A DNA stretch of 64,000 bases from Camelus dromedarius (taxonomy: Eukaryota). Shown one piece after another: positions 12,601 to 26,149 of the stretch. Every line of letters begins with the position of its first letter. Positions within the stretch are counted from its first letter, which is position 1. The stretch covers positions 27,716,001 to 27,780,000 of the forward strand of contig NC_087436.1 in assembly GCF_036321535.1 (NCBI RefSeq). The letters are read 5' to 3'. A program made the position numbers and the translations under genes. The notes below the pieces were generated by a model. That model did no database searches. It was not told the DNA's origin and worked only from the letters and a program-made list of their open reading frames with translations.

Positions 12601-15167
12601 TTTAGCATTCTGATTTTTTTTCCTACCTGGCCTAGCACTAGCAATTTAAATCCAGGTTTCCACTAATACTTAGTCAGCAGTAAAATCAAGATGTCTTCTT
12701 TTCAGCAGACCTGGTTCGATTAGCCAAAGAATGTCCCTCATCTCTAAAACCTGCTTGCTAAGGACCCAGGGGCCTGTGCACATAATCTAGACCTGGGAAA
12801 GCCCGTTCTTCATTTCTTAGGCCTCAAAAGCCACACACATGTGTATAAAAGCAAACACTACCTTGAAGGGGTGGGAGAAGTTTGGCGAGCTACCTATTAA
12901 AGTCCCTACTGTTTTATCATTAGGAAATTTCTCTCTTTACCTCCTATAATATTCCTTGTATGAAATCTACTTCACCTGATACTAAGAGTGACACTAGTGT
13001 TAAGTGAACGTTCTTATATATTGCAGTCCTGATTTAAACAGACATAACCAGCCATTCACAAATAAACTCTAGACCCTGAAGATTCAAAGAGAAATATATA
13101 CTCTATGCAAGAAAGAGAACAAGAAGAAGAAAGAGGTGAATTTCAAAATGTCACTATTCTCAGGTACCTACTCACAGGACCAAAAAAATTAACATGGCAT
13201 AAGATAGAGCTGTTCCCTAAAGTTGTAGAAATCTGAAAAGGGGGGTGCTGGGCTGGCTTTCCACACTTTGGAATCTTGCCTTGGTTTAGCAGAAGAATTA
13301 AAAGAAATGTTTTTACACTTCAAAATTGTGTGGCATATGATACAACTTGCTCTATATTTCTAGAAAAAAGTAGATCCCCAGAGATTGTTGCTTTTAGTGA
13401 GAAAACTGTAAACTAAATGCTTCTAGGGAATTTCTTTCTTTACAGTTATCTCATTAGTAGCTAACAAGTGACAAGAGGGACTGTATGAATTCCTGAAATT
13501 GTGGTCCCGATATATCCACAGACATCTATGTATACTTAAAGTGAACAAGGGTATTAGTTCAGTAATTCAAGCTTTAAGTGATAGTAATTGATTCTCTGAA
13601 ATAATATTTCTTTTGTTTTATAACTCACTTCAAATGTTATTTCTTTATAAGTAAATATATCTAAGTAATACATCCAGTTACTAATTATGGTGCAGTGTTA
13701 CTATAGATGCATGTTGATGTCTTGCCTGGCCCAGGGCTTGTTATTTTTTATATCTGCAAACTAGAGCAATTTAAACTTCAATTTCAGGCCCATGCACATT
13801 TCTGGGTCTCACCTTTGAAAAATGAAGATGAATAACTAGAGAACTCCTAAGAATACATTCAAAATTTAGGTAAATATGACGCTGCTATCTTTGCCCTGTA
13901 TTTGTAACTCGATTCAAAACTGACATTTCGTTTTTGTTTGTTTGTTTGTTTGTTTCTAAGCAGTATTTAATTTTTTATCCCAGTTTTAGAACCTTACTCT
14001 TAATAGACTCTTGTATTTTTCTCTCATCTTAAGACTATGTCTCAAATCCTTACTTCTTGGTCTAATTTCCCCTGAGAAAGAAGCCTCTCCTTATGTCCAT
14101 TCTTAGTCCTTCTGGGACTATTTCTTCATGCTGGTCACTGAGTTTGGATCTCCATCCCTTGCTTCTAAAGCTCATTGCCTATATGATCAGCCTTCTTCAT
14201 CTGTACCTAATTCCTTTTTTCAGGTACCTTGCTTTTGATCTCTGCCATATCACCTGAAGCCTCTGCATTTTCATTGCTTTGGCATCTCCTGAAGTGTCTT
14301 CTCCTACCCTGTATACACCCAACTCATCCTCATACTTGTGTTAAGTCACCAATTCTACATTGTTATTTTGTAGTTTCTGGAGTTACCAATAATTTTTTAT
14401 CCTCTAGCTGACCTTTCCCTAGTTTGGTGATGTTTTTATTAATCATTTATTTTATTACATTTACTTGTCCTTTCCTAGATAAGAGCCCAATCTTCTAAAC
14501 TGTGTTCTGTAACCTAAGGCACACATTTTATTTAGCACTATAATTCCTAGTCTCTGTATCAGGAAGGATAAATAATAATCAAAGAAAATGAATTGACAAA
14601 ATAAACCCTTACTTCAGAGATTAAATATAACCCTGGAGTTCATTTATCATTTTTTTAAGGTGTGAATTATCAGTTAAATAAATGAATAAAATACTTTTTC
14701 TGTAACTATGGTAGCATTGTTTCAATATGAAAAAAATAAAATGGAAAAATAAGTATTTACTGAGATACTACATGTTAAACTGTGCTGATACAAATAATCA
14801 TACTTTAAAAATTATTGATCTCCATTTGTGATTACATTAGTTTATTAAATATAATCTTTACATCTCTAATTTTATAAAATTAAATGAAATTAATTCTACA
14901 ATATTGTGTCAAATGACAGAAAATGAGTTTAATTTCTCATTATTTTTATAACTATTCTTTAACAAACTGAACTTCTTCCCTTGATTCTAAATCAAGAAAG
15001 TGTTTAGAATTTAGTTATCTTTCCAGGGGCAGAAAAATTCTATGAACAGTTATTGCACATTTTCATGCAAAAGAAAACCTATGCAGTTCATTAACCAGTA
15101 AGTATTACTTTTAAGTACTATTTCTCACTCTGAAAGAAGAACGTAGAATGACTTGTCATTCTTAAAC

Positions 15168-15338
15168 AAAACTGGTTCTCAAAGTGAGATTCCCAAAACA
15201 GCAGCATCAGCATCAATTGGGCACTTGATAGACAAGTCCTGTAGCTCCAACACGGACCTGAAAATCAGAGATGCTGTGAGGGAGACACTCTTTGTCTTAA
15301 ACCCTCCAGGTGATTCTGAATTTGAAAACCAATGTACT
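15168..15338 (+). mobile_element. MER5A-like hAT-Charlie MITE
   Basis: 'tggttctcaaagtg...cagcagcatcagcatca...ccctccaggtgattctga...tttgaaaacca'. Confidence 0.7.
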
Positions 15339-15834
15339 GGAAAAACTAATTAAGAGTAATAGTGAGATCTTAAAAAGAGATAAGGTTACAAAGACATTTC
15401 TTATACACTGAGAAACTTATTCAATACCACAAGGAAATTATATTTTCATAATAATAATATATGACTTGAACTTCCTATGCTATTTCTAGAGTTTTAAAAC
15501 TATATAAATAATTAATGAATGTGACTTTAATTGAACAGAGACAATACTTTTTGCTATTTAGGTTCAGATTATATACCAAAGATATACTTTAATCATGATT
15601 AAGTCAAAAGGAAAATTGTATTACAATTTATAGGATGTGCTACAAATATTTTTCAAAAGATTTAAAATGAATGCCCCTGGGACTTGTCTACAAAATGTGA
15701 GATGCATTTTATTTCATGTGTTTTTTAAAGTTTTTATTCCATTAAGTGATCATAAGTAGCAAGGGAAAACAATAATAACATAAATAAACTTTTTAAATCT
15801 TTACATTTTGCAGGGTTATGTGCTTATCTATATT

Positions 15835-16348
15835 AAAAAGATTTAAATAGAGACAAACTTTGATCAAGAAGATCTAGTATGTAGACCCTGGATAAAGAAA
15901 ATATAAAAATGTCTCTCAAATATATGAAAACATGTGCAAACTCATTATAGTTAGAAGCATAAAAAGTAAAACAGCATTGAGATACCATCTATCTATATCA
16001 CTGTCAAAGGTTAAAAATTAGTGAGGCTGTTGGGGAATAGATTCTCTCATACATTGCTGGTGGGAATGCAATCTGGTACAACCCTTCCGGGAGAAAATTT
16101 GATAATACCTAACAAAACTTAACCTGCATATGCACTTACATTTCAACCCACAAAACCCCACTTCCAGGCATCAACTTGGAAGATACAACACCCAGAATAC
16201 CAATATACAAATACATAAAATTATTACATATCATAATGTATTCAATTGCTCTTCCATGTAGGGACACATAGGTTGTTTCCAGTATTTCTATGTTATAACA
16301 ATAAACTATATAGTACATTCATAAAATGAAGAACTGTGCATCATAAAA
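15835..16348 (+). mobile_element. Old L1 ORF2 C-terminal remnant
   Basis: 'ctctcatacattgctggtgggaatgcaatctggtacaacc' and 'aaaaccccacttccaggcat'. Interrupted by the younger inverted L1. Confidence 0.7.
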
Positions 16349-17065
16349 CAAATAACTGATTTTATATGTTGATTTTGTATCCTGCAATTTTACTAAATTT
16401 GTTGTTAATATTAAATGGTTATTTTGTAGATTCTTTGGGGTTTTTCATATATGACATCATGTTGTCTGAGAACAGAAATGAGTTTACATCTTTCTTTACA
16501 ATTTGGATGCCGTTATTTCTTCTTCTTATCTAAATGCCCTGGTTAGGTCTTTCAGTAGTATGTTAAATAGAGGTGGTGAAAGTGGACATCTTTGCCTTGT
16601 TCCTGATTTTAGAGAAAGTGTTTTCAGTTTTTTCCCATTGAATATGATCTTAGCTGTGAGTGTTTCATGTGTGGCCTTTATTATGTTGAAGTAGTTCCCT
16701 TCTGTACCTAATTTGTTGAAAGTTTTTATCATGAAAGGGTGTTTAATGTTGTTGAATGCTTTTTCTCTGTCTATTGAGATCATGTGATTTTTATTCTTTA
16801 TTCTGTTGATGTGATCTATCACATTAATTTTTTAAAATAGTGAAACATCCTTGCATAAATGCTCCTTAGTCATTGTGTATGATGCTTTCAATGTGCTGTT
16901 GTATGTGGTTTGCTAGTACTTTGTTGAGGAGTTTTGTATCTATATTCATCAGGGATATTGGCTTGTGGTTTTCTTGTGGTGTCTTTGTCTGATTTTGGTG
17001 TCAGGGTTAATGTTGGTCTTATAAAATGAGTTTTGAGATGTTTCTACCTCTTCAATTTTTTGGAG
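16349..17065 (-). mobile_element. Inverted 5' segment of an L1 (ORF2 reverse transcriptase core)
   Basis: ORF 16526-16822(-) reads [30 protein letters not shown]...[16 protein letters not shown], an L1 RT signature. The catalytic FADD is degenerate as FSDN at 16461-16472. Confidence 0.92.
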
Positions 17066-18680
17066 GTGAAAGATACATGTGTTCATGGATTGGAAGATTT
17101 AACTATTGTTAAAATGTGCACACTACCCAAAGTAATCTATAGATTAGTGCAATGTCAATCAAAATTCCACAGACATTTTTACAGAAATAGAAAACACAAT
17201 TCTACAATTTATCTACAACCATAAAAGATTATGAATAGCCCAATCCAGTTCTAAGAGAAAAGAACAAAGATGGAGACATCACACTTTCTGGTTTCTAAAT
17301 ATATTATAAAGCTATAGAAATCTAAACAAAATGTAACTGGCATAAAGACAGGCATATTAACCGATGGAACAGAATAAATAGCCCAGAGGTAAATCCAGGC
17401 ATCTATGGTCAATTGATCTTCAACAAATGGTGCTGTGAATTCTGGAAATCCACTGTCACAAGAATGAAATTGGACCTTTATCTTACACAAAAATCAACTC
17501 AAAATGGATTAAATATAGGACCTGAAGCTACAAAACTCTCAAAAGACATAGGGAGGGATAGCTTCATGACATTGGTCTTGGCAATGATTTCTTGGATCTG
17601 ACACCCAAAACACAGGCAACAAAAATAAAAGTCAACACATGGGACTGTATCAAACTTAAAAGCTTCTACATGAAATGAACAATCAGCATTGTGAAAAGGC
17701 AAATATGGAATGTGAGAAAATTTTGTAAACCATATATTTGATAAAGGGTTAATATCCAAAATATAAAAGGAACTCATGTAACTCAATAACAACAAGGACA
17801 AAAACCTAATAACTCACTTAAAAGTAGGCTGAGGACTTGCATAGACATTTTTCCAGAGAAGACATACAAATTTCTAACAGTTATATTTAAAAATACACAT
17901 CATTACTAATTATCAGGGAAATGCAAATCAAAACCATAGTGAAAGATCACCTCACACCTGTCAGGATGGCTCTTATCACAAAAACAAAACAAAAGACAAC
18001 AATTGTTGGCGAGGATGTGGAGAAATTGAAACCCTTGCACACACTTGATAGGAATGCAAAAAAACAGCCACTTTGAAAGACAGCATGGAGTTTCCTCAAA
18101 AAATTAAAGATGGAATATTTAATCCAGCAATTTTGCTTCTGGGTATATATTCAAAAGAATTGAAATCAGAATCTCAAAGAGATATTAGCACTCTCATGTT
18201 CATTGCAGCACTATTCACAATAGCCAAGATGTGGAAACAACTTAAACAACACGTGAATGGATAAAGAAAATGTTGTGAAAAAAAAAATGCTGTGTACACA
18301 TACGGTGGAAAACTATCCAGCTTTAGAAGAGAAAGAACTTGGACAACATATGACAGCATGGATGGACCTGGAGGATATCATACTCAGTGAAACAAACCAG
18401 ACACAGCAAGTACTGCATCAGTCCACTCTTATGAGGTATCTAAAATAGTCACATTCATAAAATCAGTGACTAGAATAGAGGTTACCAGGGCGTGGGAGGT
18501 AGTACAAAATGGAGTTATTAATTAGGAGGCACAGCATTTCTGTTAAGATGACTAAGTTCTAGAGATCTGCTGTACAATATTGTACCTACAGTGAAAAATA
18601 ATGTTTTGTACACTTAAAGTTTGCTGAGGATAGATCTCCATCAGTGTTCTTACCACAGTAAAATAAAATAAAATAATACA
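17066..18680 (+). mobile_element. Non-inverted 3' segment of the same L1 (ORF2 C-terminus, 3' UTR and (TAAAA)n tail)
   Basis: Begins at 'gttcatggattggaaga' (CSWIG), includes MFIAALFTIAKMWKQ, and ends 'gtgttcttaccacagtaaaataaaataaaat'. Confidence 0.92.
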
Positions 18681-18834
18681 GTAAAATCAGAACTGACAAA
18701 GATTGTTGTATTCATATTCCTATATAAAGCATAGAATTTTAAATAAAATATCTATGAAGATTTGTATGAATTATGTAGAGATTTGGATGACAGTAGAAAT
18801 ACTTATATTAATGTGTATGTGCCTACATATGTAA

Positions 18835-18990
18835 GATTTTGATATAGTCATACAATAGTAGGATTGCGAGGGATCACAAATGTAAGTTATTCACTAAAGG
18901 TGAGAAGCTTACTGACTTAATGCTACACACACAGTTCATGGCAGAGTTGGAACTAGAATAGGCCTTCTATCCTGATCAGGGCTGTGTGCT
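18835..18990 (-). mobile_element. MIR fragment
   Basis: 'tgacttaatgctacacacacagttcatggcagagttggaactagaa' resembles the antisense MIR core. Confidence 0.5.
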
Positions 18991-21900
18991 GCCAGGCAGT
19001 TAAAAACAACTAAATTATACATATTACTCAAGCATCAAAAGACGATGGTTCATATAATGTGATAGATGTTTTTAATGCTTTCCATTTCTAATTATGTAAA
19101 TCAAGGAAAATGCCATATTCAAATTTATACAGTATGGAAAATATGCCTGTCATAAAAATTTGTTTAAAAAAAAAAAAGAAAATAAAAAGGAACAAATTCT
19201 GGTTGCCATTTCAATGCCCTAGTCATTCACTTTAGAAAATATGCTGAGTTATTAAAATTTGAGTTTAGAATGCATAGATTTTTCTGTTTTAGTGTGATTT
19301 CATTTTTAAATCTTTAATTTAAATTTAAGAAATCCTACTTTGTTAGGAATTTCTGTAAATATTTTCCCTCAGGGGCACTGTAAATGTGTGTCATTTTATA
19401 GGAAGTAAATTTAAATATCATGAGATCTTTCCCATTTATACACACATAGATCAGTTATGTACACAATGCTTATTATTTATAGTAAATTAGTTATTCAAGC
19501 CTTTTAAAAAGTTGCATTTACTGCTGTTTCTATTTTTTTTAATTTAGCTTTACTGTATTTCATTGAACTTTGGTCACTGTTTATCATCAAGGAAATTATA
19601 TTTCTCTCCATTGCTTACATCTCTAAAAGTTCTAAAAATCCACGTGGGTTTTCATTACTAAATTGATTTTTTCTCTGAGTTATAAGACATTTTTAATTGC
19701 ACCACTTTGTTGGATATCTTTTAGACTTTATTTTGACCAATACATGGTGAAAATTGGATTAAATATTTTGAAGAACATTAGACAGAGCTAATGTTCTCAG
19801 AAAAGCTTCAAAAATTGCTTCTCCTGGAAAAATGACTAATATTGTATTCAAAATTCTACAGCTTCATTACAGAATAAAATTGACATTTTCCTGTAACCGT
19901 ATGCTATTCTATTTACCGGTTACCTGAGTCTCCATTTATAGGAACTTACTAATCATAAATCAAATGAAGGCATTCACTTTGCTTCATTTTCTTCTGTCTT
20001 TGCTTTCTCTGATTACCAAGGCCCAGAGACAGACAGGGAGCTGCCAGCGGCTCTGGCCGCCTTGACTGACTGGAGCTGTGTCTGAACTGGCTGTAGTGCT
20101 CAGTGGGGAGTATGTGTTCCTACAAACTTTCTGAAATATTAATACACAAAATTGTACTGAGGTTTCTGATAGCAAAAGACTGGCTGCTCTGCGGTTTTCT
20201 GATTAGGGTTCTATCGGTAATTCCGAGAAGTCAATGGCGCCTAAATGGGTTAAGTCTAATGAGGTTTGGAAAGCTGATAGCATAATTTAAGACGACTTTC
20301 AATCTCAAAGCTGCAGACCTGGCTGACCCCAGCAAATTAGAGTGTTTGTTAATTCTCTGCTATAGACATCTTCTAGTCAACCAAAACCAGATATATTAAG
20401 TGAAAAAATTGAGTTGTGGTCTGAGAAACGTTCCTGGGTGCATTTTGACAGATCTTCTGATGACAGTTTTTTTGTTAAGGCATTTGATACTTCCTAATTT
20501 TTTAGGGCATGAAATCAATAAACACACACACATGCACGGTCACACAGTTGTACTAATTCTTGCTGAAGAAACATAATCACCTTAAGACTTAATCATTACA
20601 ATCTTACACAATACGCTTTTTATGGGAAATCAAAAATCAACTTAAAGAATCTCAGACAGAAGGAAAAGACAAAACCACAAACTTTCCCTGAAAAAAACAA
20701 GCAGAAAAACAAATTAAACTAATGAACAAAAAACTCCCAAACAGTATGTTTAAAATCTGTAAATTAAGAATATGAAAAAAGGCTGTGATTTTAAATTTAT
20801 TAAAATACATTATTTACAGATTCTGTGTTTTTAAAGAACTAGTGACAAAAATAGCAGTGCTTTAGAAGGAACATTCCTACATGCATTAAATATTATAGAT
20901 AAAAATATATAATCTCAAGGATAGAAATGATATGAAATACATTTTAGAAATAATAGTTTGAGGTATTCATAATTTCTTTACAGCTTGAGTCAGTTATTTA
21001 TAAATATATAACCATGACAGAAATATGAGACACTGGACAAAATCTTACATTTAGAAACTTCTTTTGAGGTTAAGATTTCTCACTCTTTTATAATCATGGG
21101 TTTTCCTGAACTGTAGAAAGTATTTTCTCTCACTTTTCTATTCTTTTTTGTAAGTTTGTTTAGAGATCTGGATTACTTTATATCATGCAAATCTTGCACA
21201 TGAATTCCAGTAAATCAGAATTAGTAACAGTTTTAAACTGACTAAGCATAAGTCTCTTTGAACAAGCTAATGGTGCAAATATTATGAAGGAAATATTAAT
21301 TATTTAAAATAATTGTTTTCTCATTTAAAAGTGTGTAATTCAGTGTGTATCAAAAAGTGTTTTCCCTTCAGCTAATTGAAATTGTAGCTTCCTTTAAATT
21401 TCAACATTTTAAATAATTTGTTTTCTTCTTTAATATATTTACATTTTATCAATTAAAGCATCTTTACAAAAACTTTAGTATCCTATGATGAATATTTTGT
21501 TCAAAATAAGTAAAAAAAATTAAAAATAAGTATTAGAAAAGAAGAAAAAATTATAAAATGTTTGCTATTTTAGAATAATAGGTTTTACAAAATAATTCCC
21601 AACATATTAAAGCCAAGCATTAATTAACATTTTACTTCTAGGGACTTGATATTCAGTTAAAGCTATTTGTGTTTTTTAATTTGGGATGAGGTGGTTGCCT
21701 GTAGCTCTCCAAAAAGCAAAAAACTCCTTCTAGTAAGCATGAAATACTGAAAACTTCTTAATTAAAATACTGTGGTATAAAATACACCAAACACATTTAA
21801 GATTATTTTTAAACAAATATACAAAATTTTATGTTCTTAAATATCTGCTGTATTTCAAATCAATCACTGTGGATGGTTCCATATGTATTTCACAATGCAG

Positions 21901-24900
21901 GTGATTCTCTAAAAGTTTTTATATTCTTTTAGAATTTGCTCCCAGTCTGACTGTAAAGCACCTAAACATTTAAAATCATTGTGACAGTCCTTGATTTCGC
22001 CTGAAAGCCTTTTACTAAGCTATGTCACTTGTACTTGATCATTTCTAAAATCAACTAACCAACAAACAAAATCTAAATTCTCTTTTAAGAATTACAGACT
22101 TTGGAGATAATTCCAAGAAGGCAACAAATTAGTTTAAATAAAGCTAATTTCATTAGAAGATGGATTATCAATTTAGATGGGGATAATATATTTGATTGAA
22201 GTGGTCATTTGAATTTTTAACTCATGGACACTGCTACTTACAATATGAAATTGCCTTCTGAAAACATTTAAGCATTCTGCAGCTTAGTGTAAAATAAAAG
22301 TCATGATGATTTATATTATTGCAAAATAATTCCAGGAATTAATTTTATAAATAACATTTCTTAAAATAAATATGGCCTTGTTAATTACAATGGGAAAATG
22401 GGACAGGTCTTCTCTGACTCTTGACTATGCTTAAGAAATATTTGAAGAAATGGTGTGTAAAAATTCTTAATCTAGTCATCTTCGCATAGACTTTCATATG
22501 ATGGTTTTACATAAATTTCATATGTAGTTATTTAAATATTTATTTGCTTATCCACTGCTTTTGAGCAATAGTATTTATAAATGGCTAAGAGTTAAGTTAA
22601 ACCGGTTTGTAGGGACAGAAGTGGGCTGAAGGAGTGAAAACCACTTTGGATCTATAATCTTGCCTAGGTCATTAACCAACATCTCTATAGAACACTTTTC
22701 AGAAAGAAAGGGAGACGGCTGCTGTCGTCTTTCCTCTCCATTTATTTTTTATGGTGGTTTATTCACAGATGATGTGGGCAGACTGTGTACACAGAGAAAG
22801 CATGGGTAATTTACAAGCAGATGTGACCCTCAGTTGGCTAGGATATTCAAAGTGCTCTAAGGAATTAAGAAGAAAGTAGGTCACTTGAATCATAAACATT
22901 TTTAGCACTGACTTCATTAAGTGAAGGTAATATGGACTTGTTCGAAAAGCGAAGGGGAAAATTGGCTTCAAATAGGATAAGGAAGAAAGTTAAACAAAAC
23001 AGAATTATTAAACCATCCCAGTTTCCACACCTCTATGAATGTCAGTAGGAGGTCTGCTTCTGACAGTGCACAGACCAGCAGGAGAGTTTACTAATGAAAG
23101 ACAAGATACATGTGTTGACATAGCATTAAATGACTGGTTTGTCACTCCCCCAGGATGTGAACTGTGGATTCTCTGCATAGTAGCACGAACTAACTGCTTT
23201 TATCCTTTTGTTTTCTTAATTTTAACTTCTCACACAAATTAGCAGCTTTTTGTTTGCCATTTGCATGTTTATTTCATGTCATGCATGGTTAAAATGAAAA
23301 TTGGCCTACTAGTTATGATGCGTTGAAGTTTGGAACTTTTTCAAAGACCCACAGGATGATTTAATGAGTGTGGGGTGTAATTCTCTTCTTTAAGTCAAAT
23401 TCAGTAGAAGTTTTCTACATTCAAAACCACAAGAATGTATTGTGTATGATATAAACTGAGAATACTCAATATATAGAGATGGTTTTATGTCTTCCATGTC
23501 TTAAAAAAAATACAATGATTGGTTTCTCATGGATTTTCACTCCTGCCCGGAAATTACTCAGAGAAATTTCTGAGTTAGAACACTGCAGATCTATGGCATC
23601 CTGTCCCTGATTATGAACAGTAACAGGACCTAAAAAGATCAAAGCTCAAGTTTTCCTTTGAAAAAGACACTGTTGTTAAAAAAAAAAACAGAAACAAAAA
23701 CAAAAACACAATTTTCTCTTTGTTACCACCATGGGAGATATCCATAGGCTAGAGAGCTCACATTGTCATTCGGGCTTTTTAAAGTCAATTTTTCAGGGTG
23801 CAAGAATAATCAGACTAAAGCACGTTCTCCTGAGAGGCCTGCAATTTAGTGAACTTTAGCAGAAACATTACCAGGTGGACACCAGCGGCCAGGAAAGAGG
23901 ACCTGTAACCAGGTAAAACAAAAAGCAGGGAATCTATTGATCCTCCAGTTTTTCTTTTGTTATTGACAGCACAAGAATTACAACTGTTACACTGCCAAGT
24001 ACTTCTAATTAAGAGATGAACACAAAGATCATTTACATGAAGAAACTGACCTAATTTGCTGTTATCAATGTTTGCATATTTTTCGCAGGCTGAGATTGAT
24101 TTGAGTTCATCAATCTTGGTTTGACAATTACTGGCAAGTGGCACTTTTCCCCCCAGAAAATTAGCACTGTGTTCTTAATCTAACTGAGGATGTGCTCAAA
24201 TACCTTGGTTTAGAAATATAATACTTATAAATTCCAACACTTCTATATTCTATATGTAATTTTGTTAAAGTAAGAAACTTTGATCAGTTGGAAGAGAATT
24301 AAATTTTTAAAAAATATTCAAGTTGAATAATATTTAAAAACATTATAGTGTTCACTTACTGAAAATCAAGTTTCTAGAAACAAGTCTGATAACTTTATTT
24401 GAAAATTAATATTTTTATCTACAGCAGGGCTAATAATTACTCATACTAATTTTGTTAAACAGCATTAAAAACTGCAGTAAAAATATGAATGGAAATGATT
24501 CCTCCCTCAAATATATAGATACAGGTAACAGATTCCATTTAAGGAAGCATAACAATAGTTTTAAAAAAGTAAATAGCATCTGATTTAAACAATATTAAAC
24601 TAGATCAACCTATTTCTGTGCCTAATCTTGTCACTTATATTAATTTCAAACAATATATTAAATATATAGCATTTGCTGAGCAAGACAATGTGTAAAGTGC
24701 TGTGGGAAGTTCAGGTATAAATCACATTAAAAAAAATCAGCATTTACCTAAGGATAAGGCTCTATTATGTGTAACATTTATTTAGAGGGTAAGACCATGG
24801 ATTCTATAGAGACAGAAGAAGTTTGAATTTGAGACTGATTAGTGTCAAAATTTCAATTTGGAAAATTGACAATAAGTGATAACACTCTGAATTCCTATAA

Positions 24901-25284
24901 GTGTCCTCTAGGTGTAATAAAATAATATCTCACTTTTCTAACTTTTCCTCAAGAATCTCTTCTCATTCTTTATATGCTGCTCAAATGTCTTATTGGCTGT
25001 GAAGTTCATCTTAACTTCTCTAGATTGTTTTTCCATTTTTCTTCTTCTATGATACAACTTGCCATATCTAACCATTTGAACACACTTTTTAAAATATAAA
25101 AAATACACATTTTTATCCCAGACACCTAGGATATCAGAAAGATTACACAGAACAATTAACTTATTTTTTAACCCTCAACTACAGAGTGAAGTTTTTGAAG
25201 TATCCGTAAGGGCTTTCTTCTCTTTTCTTTTCCATCTTTTTCTCTCTTCCCTTCCCTCCTGTCCTTTCCTTCCATATGTTTTAT

Positions 25285-25800
25285 TCTAATTTTTTTTTTT
25301 TTTGCTCTTCCTTGATCACCAATCCTACTCTTTTCCTTTCCCCCATAGACTCTTATTATATGTTAATAAATGTCCTTGAATGTATATGCATATTTGAAAA
25401 ACTACATGAAGTATGCATATTACATTAAGCAAATAACATCGTACTAGACATTATTCTCTTCATTTTTACTCAGTACTGTTTTAATTTTTAAAGTTTGAAC
25501 CATGTTGCTGCATATGCTTTAAGGTTACTCTTTTGACTGCTGGGTTTTACTACCCAATAGCATCCGTGATACCAGTTACCATCTTGCTAGAGATTATCTG
25601 ATAGCTATTACATTGTGGCAACTCTTTAGTATTCAACTAATGCTATAATAAAAAACCCTTGTAATATGTCCCCTCAGAGACCTATAGTCAAGTTTTTCTA
25701 GAATGAATACCAGGTTTGGGTTGCTGAATCACCAAGCATAATATATCATTTCACTAAGTGACCACTGGGTATTATGATTGTTTTCCCACACCTTCACGTG
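25285..25800 (-). mobile_element. Old L1 (L1ME-like) 3' region
   Basis: T-rich strand with 'catgttgctgcatat', 'aatgctataataaaaaccctt' and 'gaataccaggtttgggttgctgaatca'. Confidence 0.5.
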
Positions 25801-25919
25801 ACCTACTCAGATAAACAGAGTTTAAAGCAGGGATTTTTTTCCTCAGAAACTCTTCTCATGTATCCAGAAATTTTAATGACAACATTCTAATTTTTTTTTA
25901 ACAAAGTTGTAAAATTTAA

Positions 25920-26120
25920 TTTAGCATTTCCTAACATACAGTTTTTGAAAGCACTAACCTAAAAGATATTACTCAAAATATATCTTCTATAGCCAGATAA
26001 ATTTGTAATATGCCATACATCATACATGCTACTCACATTATTATTAATCAAAATAGCATGTTAAAGGAATTGGGAGGTTCTGCAATAAGAAAAGCTTTCT
26101 GACTTGGTTAACAACACTCG
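25920..26120 (-). mobile_element. MER103C-like hAT element
   Basis: 'tagcatgttaaaggaattgggaggttctgcaataagaaaagctttctgacttggttaac' is the reverse complement of the MER103C core. A related copy lies at ~30.5 kb. Confidence 0.55.
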
Positions 26121-26149
26121 TCCTGACATGTATAATACCTTGATTGGGT

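Noticed and set aside
14200..14230. ctaat + polypyrimidine + CAG|GTACC as a recursive splice site (also cacag|gttt at ~57256)
   Set aside because: The reconstituted donors are weak and no host gene or strand is established.
16322..16336. taaaatgaagaactg versus taaaatcagaactg (18682-18695) as the TSD of the inverted L1
   Set aside because: The match is imperfect, and the left copy also reads as a continuation of the older L1 sequence, so it cannot be assigned confidently.
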